A DNA stretch of 64,000 bases from the NCBI GenBank assembly GCA_965221125.1, contig CBDCRW010000006.1:448001-512000 (forward strand), read 5' to 3'. The notes beneath the pieces are model-generated. The model was not told where the DNA came from. It saw only the letters and a list, made by a program, of their open reading frames with translations, and ran no database searches. Within the stretch, counting starts at the first letter, position 1, and every line of letters begins with the position of its first letter. Shown here one piece after another: positions 57,022 through 64,000 of the stretch. The stretch is from Alphaproteobacteria bacterium. GTDB lineage: Bacteria > Pseudomonadota > Alphaproteobacteria > UBA828. The translations under genes were made by a program, and so were the position numbers.

Positions 57022-58566
57022 ATGAGCTGGGAGAAGGAGGTCGACGAGCTCGCGCGCAAGCGGGCGCTGGCGGAGGCGCAGGGCGGCGCCGACGGCATCG
57101 GCCGCCAGCACGCCAGGGGGCTTCTCACGATCCGCGAGCGGATCGACGCCATGCTTGATGCCGGCTCGTTCCGGGAGCTGGGCGGCGCCGCAGGCGTGGC
57201 GAGCCGCGACGCGGACGGGCGCCTCACCGATTTCCAGCCGGCCAACTTCGTTTTGGGTTTCGGCGCGATCGACGGGCGCCGCTGCGTCGTCGGCGGCGAG
57301 GACTTCACGCTGAGCGGCGGCTCGCCCAACGAGGCGGGCCTGCGCAAGAGCGTCTATGCCGAGGAGCTCGCCTGCACCTACCGCGTGCCCCTCGTGCGCC
57401 TCCACCAGGGCGCGGGCGGCAGCGTTGCCGGCACCGGGTCGAAGACCGTGGGCACGCCGGTCAACGCCCCGCCGCGCTTCGCCTCCGTGGCCAAGGCGAT
57501 GGCGAGCGTGCCGGTGGCTTCGGCGGGGCTCGGCGCGGTGGCGGGGCTCCCGGCCGCCCGCCTCGTGGCCTCGCACTTCTCGGTGATGGCGGAGAACTCG
57601 CAGATCCTGATCGCGGGACCCGCCGTGGTCGAGCGCGCGCTCGGCCGCCGGCCCAGCAAGGAGGCGCTGGGCGGCGCGCAAGTGCACGCCCGGAACGGCG
57701 TCATCGACAACCTGGTCGCGGACGAGCCGGCGGCCTTCGCCGAAATCCGCCGCTTCCTCGGCTACCTCCCGCCCAACGTCTGGGAGCTGCCGCCGTGCAC
57801 GCCGGCCGACGACCCGGCGGAGCGCCCGGCCGAGGAGCTGATCGGGATCGTGCCGCGCAACCGGCGCAAGCTCTACGACATGCGGCGCGTGATCGCGCTG
57901 GTGCTGGACGCGGGCTCGTTCTTCGAGATCGGCCGGCTCTACGGGCAGGGCACGATCACCGGCCTCGCCCGGCTCGCGGGCCAGCCCGTGGGCGTGCTCG
58001 CCAACGACTGCTGGCACCTGGCCGGCGCCATGACCGCAGCGGGCTCGCAGAAGACGCGGCGCTTCATCGAGCTTTGCGACACCTTCCACCTGCCGATCGT
58101 GAGCCTGGTGGACGAGCCCGGCTTCATGATCGGGGCGGAGGCGGAGAAGGCCGGCACCATCCGCTTCGGCGCCGCCGCCGTGCTCGCCGCCGCAAGCTCC
58201 GTGGTGCCCTGGGCGTCGGTCATCGTGCGCAAGGCCCACGGCGTGGCGGTCGCCGCGCACTTCGGGCCGGACGGCTTCGTCGTCGCCTGGCCTTCCGCCG
58301 AGATGGGGGCGCTGCCGGTGGAGGGCGGCGTGGCGGTGGCCTTCGGCCGCCAGATCGCCAAGGCCGACGACCCCGCCGCAGAGCGCGAACGGCTGGAGGA
58401 GGAGATGCTGGCGCGGCAATCCCCCGTGCCCCGCGCCGAGAGCTTTTCCATCCACGAGGTGATCGACCCGCGCGAGACCCGGCCCGTGCTCTGCGACTGG
58501 ATCGCCCGCGTCCAGCCCCTGCTGCCGCGCCTCACGGGCCCCACGAACTTTCCGGTGCGGCCGTAG
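57022..58566 (+). CDS. Acyl-CoA carboxylase carboxyltransferase (beta) subunit
   Basis: LTIRERI, DFTLSGGS, AGPAVV, LVDEPGF and IDPRETR motifs. Confidence 0.92.
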   Translation: MSWEKEVDELARKRALAEAQGGADGIGRQHARGLLTIRERIDAMLDAGSFRELGGAAGVASRDADGRLTDFQPANFVLGFGAIDGRRCVVGGEDFTLSGGSPNEAGLRKSVYAEELACTYRVPLVRLHQGAGGSVAGTGSKTVGTPVNAPPRFASVAKAMASVPVASAGLGAVAGLPAARLVASHFSVMAENSQILIAGPAVVERALGRRPSKEALGGAQVHARNGVIDNLVADEPAAFAEIRRFLGYLPPNVWELPPCTPADDPAERPAEELIGIVPRNRRKLYDMRRVIALVLDAGSFFEIGRLYGQGTITGLARLAGQPVGVLANDCWHLAGAMTAAGSQKTRRFIELCDTFHLPIVSLVDEPGFMIGAEAEKAGTIRFGAAAVLAAASSVVPWASVIVRKAHGVAVAAHFGPDGFVVAWPSAEMGALPVEGGVAVAFGRQIAKADDPAAERERLEEEMLARQSPVPRAESFSIHEVIDPRETRPVLCDWIARVQPLLPRLTGPTNFPVRP

Positions 58567-58568
58567 GG

Positions 58569-60644
58569 CTACGCGATCAGCTCTGCGAGTTCGCGCTTGA
58601 AGGGCACTTCGTCTTCCGCGACGGGCGGGGCGTCGAGGGCTTCGGCGTAGCGGCGCCCGGCGTAGACCGCGTGGGCGATGGTGGCCGGCGCGAGCGCGTC
58701 GCCGATGGTGTCGACGGCTTCGAGACCGGCGTCCGCCCAGCGCTCCCGCTGGCCTAAGAGGTCGGCCGCGATCTCGTTTGCTGGCGTGCGCGCGGTGACG
58801 AGCACCACCGCGTCGGCTTCCGCTTCTTCGATGCGGCCGGTGTGGACGCACGAGGTCGCGACGAGGCCCGGCGCAATGCGGCTCAGGTTGCGGAACGCCT
58901 CGATGCGGACGCCCTTCTCCAGCAGGCGCGCCTGGGCGAAGTGCTGCTCCATGGTGTTGCGACTCCAGGTGGAGGCTTCCGACGCGGGCGTCGCGTAGGT
59001 GGTCTCAAAACCCTTGTCCGCCAGCAGCTCGGCCAGCACGCTCGCCATGTAGTAGTGGTCGTCGTCCCAGACGGTGACGCGCGTGCCTTCGGGCCAGCGG
59101 CCCGCCATGAGGTCGTCGGGCGTGAGCACCTGCGCGCCCTCCTCGACGGGGACGGGTGCGGTCCAGTGGCGGCCCACGCCATCGCCCCGCCATCGCGCGC
59201 CGGTGGCGATGACGACGCGGGGGCAGCCGAACTCGAGCACGGTCTCCGCGTCGAGGTGCGAATCCAGGTAGAGGACGACGTTCGGCAGCTTGTGAAGCTG
59301 TTCTGCGCGGTAGTCGCGCACCCGCCCCCAGGCGGCGAGGCCCGGCAGGCGGCATTCCCGCGCGACGCGGCCGCCCAGCTCCGTCTCCCGCTCGGCGAGG
59401 GTCACCTCGTAGCCGCGCTTGCCGAGCGCCTGCGCGGCTTCCAGCCCGGCGGGGCCGGCGCCGACGATCAGCACGGGCTTCTCGCTCTCCTTGGGCCGGA
59501 TGCGCTCGGGGTGCCAGCCGCGCCGCCATTCCTCCCCCATGGTCGGGTTCTGGGTGCAGCGGATGGGCGACATGGTGAAGTCGCCGGAGACGCAGATGTT
59601 GCAGCCGATGCACTCGCGGATGTCCTCCAGCCGCCCCTCCGCCACCTTGTTCGGCAGGAAGGGATCGGCGATGGAGGGCCGCGCGCAGCCGATCAGGTCG
59701 ACGATGCCCTTCCTCACGATGGAGACCATGCGGTCGGGCGAGGTGTAGCGGCCGACGCCGACCACCGGCTTCGTGGTGAGCGCCTTGACGCCGGCGATGA
59801 AGGGTTCCTGCCAGCCCTCCTCGCCGAAGCGCGACGGCATGCTGTCGTTCTCCCAGCCGGCGAGGCAGACGTCCCAGAGGTCCGGGATCTCGGCCACGAG
59901 GCCGATCATGTCCTCGGTCTCGGCCTTCTCCAGCCCGGCCGCGCCGCGCAGCTCGTCCACGGAGAGCCGGCAGGGCACGGCGCAGGTGTCGCCCACCGCC
60001 TCCTTCGTGTCGGTCAGCAGCTCCTTGAGGAGGCGCGCGCGGTTCTCCAGCGAGCCGCCGTATTCGTCCGTGCGCCGGTTGAACTCGCGGGAGAGGAATT
60101 GGTGCAGGATGTTGAGCGCGTGGCCGCCGTAGACGTAGATCAGATCGAAGCCAGCCTGGCGCGCGCGGAGCGCCGCCGCCCTGTGCCAGCGGCGGAGGTT
60201 GCGGATGTCCTGCTTGTCCATGGTGCGCCCCTGCAGGGGCTCGTAGCTCATGCCCGCGACCGGCAGGCCGGCCGGCCCCATCGGCACCTCGCGGGAATAA
60301 AAATTCGGGCTGTGCAGGCCGTTGTAGCAAAGCTCCAGCCCGGCGAGCGACCCGTGCGCGTGGATGTGCTCAGCCATCTTGGCGAGCATGGGCACGTCGC
60401 GATCGTCCCAGAGGCGAAGCTCGATGAAGGGCGTGATCTCGGCGCTCCAGTGGAACTCGACCTGCTCGGTGCAGACCACCGCCCAGCCGCCTTCGGCCTT
60501 GACGCCCCGCATGTGGGCAAGCGCCGTCGGGTCGCGGTAGCCCATGCCGGTGCAATGCGGCACCTGGTAGAATCGGTTGCGGGCGGTGACGGGCCCGATC
60601 CGGACGGGCTCGAGCAGGATGTCGTAGCGGGATTCCGCGCTCAT
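58569..60644 (-). CDS. Trimethylamine/dimethylamine/histamine dehydrogenase-family iron-sulfur flavoprotein
   Basis: NRFYQVPHC (Cys for 6-S-cysteinyl-FMN), RTDEYGGSLENR, CIGCNIC...CTQN 4Fe-4S motif and GAGPAG. Confidence 0.9.
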   Translation of the reverse strand: MSAESRYDILLEPVRIGPVTARNRFYQVPHCTGMGYRDPTALAHMRGVKAEGGWAVVCTEQVEFHWSAEITPFIELRLWDDRDVPMLAKMAEHIHAHGSLAGLELCYNGLHSPNFYSREVPMGPAGLPVAGMSYEPLQGRTMDKQDIRNLRRWHRAAALRARQAGFDLIYVYGGHALNILHQFLSREFNRRTDEYGGSLENRARLLKELLTDTKEAVGDTCAVPCRLSVDELRGAAGLEKAETEDMIGLVAEIPDLWDVCLAGWENDSMPSRFGEEGWQEPFIAGVKALTTKPVVGVGRYTSPDRMVSIVRKGIVDLIGCARPSIADPFLPNKVAEGRLEDIRECIGCNICVSGDFTMSPIRCTQNPTMGEEWRRGWHPERIRPKESEKPVLIVGAGPAGLEAAQALGKRGYEVTLAERETELGGRVARECRLPGLAAWGRVRDYRAEQLHKLPNVVLYLDSHLDAETVLEFGCPRVVIATGARWRGDGVGRHWTAPVPVEEGAQVLTPDDLMAGRWPEGTRVTVWDDDHYYMASVLAELLADKGFETTYATPASEASTWSRNTMEQHFAQARLLEKGVRIEAFRNLSRIAPGLVATSCVHTGRIEEAEADAVVLVTARTPANEIAADLLGQRERWADAGLEAVDTIGDALAPATIAHAVYAGRRYAEALDAPPVAEDEVPFKRELAELIA

Positions 60645-60708
60645 GGGATCACCCATTCGGTGAGAGAAGGGCGGGCCGGGCGGTGCTCTCCAGAGGGAGC
60701 GCGCCGCC

Positions 60709-60744
60709 CGGCCTGTCGCGCGTCCGTGCATGACGGACGCGCTC
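60709..60744. repeat. Double-hairpin intergenic repeat, partial copy 3 (right hairpin only)
   Basis: CGGCCTGTCGCGCGTCCGT-GCATG-ACGGACGCGCTC matches the right end of copies 1 and 2. Confidence 0.8.
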
Positions 60745-60760
60745 CAAGCAAACGTGACGA

Positions 60761-61798
60761 CTACTTCTTCAGGCGGGTCCACATGGTGTCGTAGACCTCC
60801 TGCGTCGCCTGATCGCACACCGCGACGAAGGTGCCGGCTGGTGCGTCGGCGGGCGGCACGGACTCGGGCTGGCTGGCCAACTCCGGATCGAGGTGCGGAG
60901 TCACGCCTTCGACGCCCGCCGCGTAGCGCGCGAAGTTGGTGACCGCGGCGATGTTCTCCGGTTCCAGCAGGAAGTCCATGAACTTGAGCGCGCTGGCCCG
61001 GTTGGGCGCGTCCTTGAGCAGCACGACGTTGTCCATCCAGACGACGTAGCCCTGGCGAGGGTAGGCGTACTGGATGTTGGCGCCCTCATTGCGCGCCTTG
61101 GCGGAGAAGCCGTTCCAGATCATCCCCACCGCGGCGTCGCCGGAGACGAGAACGTCCTTGGCGCCGTCGGAGTTGAACGAGGCCCAGTGCGGCTTGGCCG
61201 CCTGCAGCAGCGCGTCGAGCGCCTTGAGCTGCTCGCGGTCGGTCGAGCACTGGGGAATGCCGAGGTGAAGGGAGGCCAGCAGCATGACCTCGCCCTGGGA
61301 ATCGAGGACGTTGATCTTGCCCTTCAGCTCGTCCGGCGGGTCGTAGACGATGCTGGTGTCGTTGATGTCGCCGGAATAGGCATCCAGGTTGACCGAGAAG
61401 CTGGTCGAGCCCCACTGGTAGGGGATCGAGTGCTTGCGGCCCGGATCGAAGGGCACGTCCACCCATTGCGGCTCGATGTTGCCCTTGTTGGCGAGCTCGC
61501 CCTCCGCGATGGTGTCGAGCATGCCTTCGCCCCGCATGATCTCGACCATGTAGTCGCCCGGCACGGCCACGTCGTAGGAGCCGAGCTTGCCGGCCTTGAG
61601 CGTGGCCAGCATGGCCTCGTTGGAATCGAAGGTGTCCATGGTCACCTCGATCCCGGTCTCGGCCGAGAACTTGTCGAGCAGCTCCTGCGGGATGTACTCG
61701 AACCAGTGGTAGATCGAGAGCTTCTCCTGTGCGTGAGCGGCGCTCACGACAAAAGTGAGTGCCAACGCGGCTGCGCCGGCCTTGAGGATTGTCCGCAT
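60761..61798 (-). CDS. Polyamine-type (PotD/PotF) ABC substrate-binding protein
   Basis: Signal peptide; WFEYIP, FDSNE, PYQWG, WNG and WMDN motifs. Confidence 0.93.
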   Translation of the reverse strand: MRTILKAGAAALALTFVVSAAHAQEKLSIYHWFEYIPQELLDKFSAETGIEVTMDTFDSNEAMLATLKAGKLGSYDVAVPGDYMVEIMRGEGMLDTIAEGELANKGNIEPQWVDVPFDPGRKHSIPYQWGSTSFSVNLDAYSGDINDTSIVYDPPDELKGKINVLDSQGEVMLLASLHLGIPQCSTDREQLKALDALLQAAKPHWASFNSDGAKDVLVSGDAAVGMIWNGFSAKARNEGANIQYAYPRQGYVVWMDNVVLLKDAPNRASALKFMDFLLEPENIAAVTNFARYAAGVEGVTPHLDPELASQPESVPPADAPAGTFVAVCDQATQEVYDTMWTRLKK

Positions 61799-61837
61799 GT
61801 CTCCCTCCTTAGGTTGTGCGGGTGTTCACGGTAAGGC

Positions 61838-62659
61838 CTATGCCTCCGCCTTCGTGCCCTGGCGACCGTAGCGGCTGATGAAATAGGACAGCGTGACGAT
61901 CAGGATCGAGACGGTGAGCATGATGGTGCTGAGCGCCATGATGTCGGGTTTGATCCCCTGCTTCACGGCCCCAAAAATCGCCGTGGGCAGGGTCTCGATA
62001 CCGGCGCCCTTGATGAAGTTGGTGATGATGAAATCGTCGAGCGAGATGATGAATGCCAGCAGAAAGCCCGCGAGAATGCCGGGCGCCATCAATGGCATGA
62101 GCACGCGCAGAAACGCCTGGAAGCGGCTCGCGTAGAGGTCCTGCGCGGCCTCTTCGTAACTGCCGTCGATCCCCTGCAGCCGGGCCGCGATCGGCAGGTA
62201 GGCGAAGGGGATGCAGAAGACGATGTGCGCCACCAGGATCGAGAGATAACCGAGCGTAAACCCGATGGCGCTGAAGAAGACCAGCGTCGCCACGGCGGTC
62301 ACGATCTCCGGCACCATGATCGGCATGCTGATGAGCGCGAGGTTGAGCGCCTTCCCTTTGAAGGCGCCGCCGCGCACCATGGCCACCGCCGCGGCCGTCG
62401 CGATGATGGTGCTGGCGACGGCGGCCGAGAGCGCGATGGTGAGCGAATTCCAGGCGGCGTCCTTGAACTTGGCCGATTCCGGCCCGGTGAAGATTTCCAT
62501 GTACCAGCGGAAGCTGAACCCGCCCCAGCGGGTGATCGAGAGCGAATCGTTAAAGCTGTAGACCATCACCACGAGGAGCGGCGCGTAGAGCACCACCAGG
62601 CAGAGGATGGTGATCGGCAGGAAGCCGGGGTAGCGCCGGATGTTGATCCTCTGCCGCAT
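61838..62659 (-). CDS. Polyamine-type ABC permease (PotC-like)
   Basis: [21 protein letters not shown] and SLDDF motifs. Confidence 0.93.
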   Translation of the reverse strand: MRQRINIRRYPGFLPITILCLVVLYAPLLVVMVYSFNDSLSITRWGGFSFRWYMEIFTGPESAKFKDAAWNSLTIALSAAVASTIIATAAAVAMVRGGAFKGKALNLALISMPIMVPEIVTAVATLVFFSAIGFTLGYLSILVAHIVFCIPFAYLPIAARLQGIDGSYEEAAQDLYASRFQAFLRVLMPLMAPGILAGFLLAFIISLDDFIITNFIKGAGIETLPTAIFGAVKQGIKPDIMALSTIMLTVSILIVTLSYFISRYGRQGTKAEA

Positions 62660-62660
62660 C

Positions 62661-63587
62661 TCAGGCGGCCCGCGCGCTGCGCAGCGCCTGGCGGCGCGCG
62701 TAAATGAAGAGCGCGATCAGCACGAGGGAGAGCAGGATCATCGACGCGGCCGCGCCGAAGGGCCAGTTGCCGGCGTTGCCCTTGAACTGCTCCTCGATGA
62801 GCGAGCCGATCAGGAAGTTCTTGGCGCCGCCGAGCAGGTCGGGCGCGAGGAAGGCGCCGAGGCTCGGCACGAACACCAGGATGCAGCCGGCGACGATGCC
62901 GGGCCTGACGATGGGCAGGATGACCTTGTACAGGATGGTCCAGCGGTTGGCGTAGAGGTCGGCCGCGGCTTCCGAGAGCGCGAAGTCGTAGCGCTCCACC
63001 GAGGCATAGATGGGCAGCACCATGAAGGGCAGGTAGGAGTAGAAGAGCCCGAGCTGCACCGCGAAGTCGGTGTTGATGAGCGCAATCGGCTCGCCGATGA
63101 CGCCCAAGCCCAGCAGGGCCTCGTTGAGCGGGCCGTTGTCGCGGATGAGGAACTTCATCGAGACCGTGCGGATCAGCAGGTTCACCCAGTAGGGGACGGT
63201 CACCAGGAAGAGCCACATGGAGCGTGTCGCGGGCGAGCGCGTGGCGATGAAGTAGGCGGTCGGGAAGCCGATGACGAGGCAGAGCACGGTGGCGACGGCG
63301 GCCTGGATGATCGAGCGGACGAAGATGACGATGTAGGTCCACTCGATCTGCGGCGGATCGTCGCCGAAGAGGCCGCGGTCGAAGATGAACTGGTCGTAGG
63401 CCGCGAGCGAGAAGTCCCAGATCACCCCGCCGCGGAACTCCTTCGTGAGGAAGGAGTAGACCAGCATCATCAGCACCGGCGCCACGAGGAAGAAGCCGAT
63501 GATGACCCAGGTCGGGATCAGCAACGGCGTGCGCACCGGCGCAAAGGTGCGGGAGACCGCGCGCGTGCTGGCGAGCTCGCCGGCCAT
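62661..63587 (-). CDS. Polyamine-type ABC permease (PotB-like)
   Basis: [27 protein letters not shown] and NWPFGAA motifs. Confidence 0.93.
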   Translation of the reverse strand: MAGELASTRAVSRTFAPVRTPLLIPTWVIIGFFLVAPVLMMLVYSFLTKEFRGGVIWDFSLAAYDQFIFDRGLFGDDPPQIEWTYIVIFVRSIIQAAVATVLCLVIGFPTAYFIATRSPATRSMWLFLVTVPYWVNLLIRTVSMKFLIRDNGPLNEALLGLGVIGEPIALINTDFAVQLGLFYSYLPFMVLPIYASVERYDFALSEAAADLYANRWTILYKVILPIVRPGIVAGCILVFVPSLGAFLAPDLLGGAKNFLIGSLIEEQFKGNAGNWPFGAAASMILLSLVLIALFIYARRQALRSARAA

Positions 63588-64000
63588 CAGTCCACCAGGA
63601 GCCGGGCGCCGCCGGGGGCGATGGCGAGGCCGGCGCGATCGCCGACGTGGAAGGGCGCCGCGCCGGCCCCGGCATTCTGCAGGCGGACCAGGACGTCCGG
63701 CCCGCCGTCGAGGCTGACGGTGTACTGGATATCGGTGCCGAGATAGACCGCCTGCTCGACGACGCCGACGAGGCCCGTGCGCGCCTCCGCCTCGGGCACG
63801 AGGGACAGGCGCTCCGGCCGGATCAGCACGTGGGCGGCGGCGCCCTCCGCAGGCGGTTGGCCTGCGGCCTGGCAGGGAAAGACCGCACCGTTGCCGAGCC
63901 GGCAGGTCCAGGCAAGGTCCGGCCCGCGGTGTACGGTCGCGTCGAGCACGTTGGTCTCCCCGATGAAGTTGGCGACGAAGCGGTCCACCGGCGCCTCGTA
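63587..64000 (-). CDS. Polyamine-type ABC ATP-binding protein (PotA-like), 3' part
   Basis: FVANFIGETN, IRPE and YLG TOBE region; runs off the right edge. Confidence 0.88.
   Translation of the reverse strand, partial: YEAPVDRFVANFIGETNVLDATVHRGPDLAWTCRLGNGAVFPCQAAGQPPAEGAAAHVLIRPERLSLVPEAEARTGLVGVVEQAVYLGTDIQYTVSLDGGPDVLVRLQNAGAGAAPFHVGDRAGLAIAPGGARLLVD

Noticed and set aside
1-64000. tRNA, rRNA, CRISPR arrays or prophage genes
   Set aside because: None recognised by eye; intergenic spaces are short and accounted for. A tRNAscan/Infernal run would be needed to exclude small RNAs.

Overview
High-GC chromosomal window from an alphaproteobacterium (inferred from popZ-valS, irr, fur-olsB-olsA, coq7 and the glnD-murJ-trpS-usp-nfu-tsaB-rimI synteny). 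It is mostly housekeeping and metabolic genes: glnD, murJ, trpS, valS, ilvD, metC, ilvA, kynU, Fe3+ and polyamine ABC transporters, and iron regulators. Two accessory elements stand out. (1) A complete IS1111-type (IS110 family) element at 37361-38995. Its empty target site can be rebuilt in frame inside the signal peptide of a secreted-protein gene, and its 3' non-coding region carries guide segments matching both that target and the element's own circle junction, i.e. a readable bridge/seekRNA. (2) A transposase-less, low-GC cassette at about 45.8-47.2 kb encoding a small basic IS-associated protein, a Panacea (DUF4065) antitoxin and an uncharacterised RelE/ParE-like partner. Also notable: a three-subunit thiocyanate-hydrolase-like Co enzyme next to a D-aminoacylase-like amidohydrolase, a circularly permuted ATP-grasp/alpha-E/transglutaminase operon behind a Fur-boxed Cys-Cys protein, and a dispersed double-hairpin repeat family. 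All calls come from reading motifs by eye; no searches or folding programs were run.
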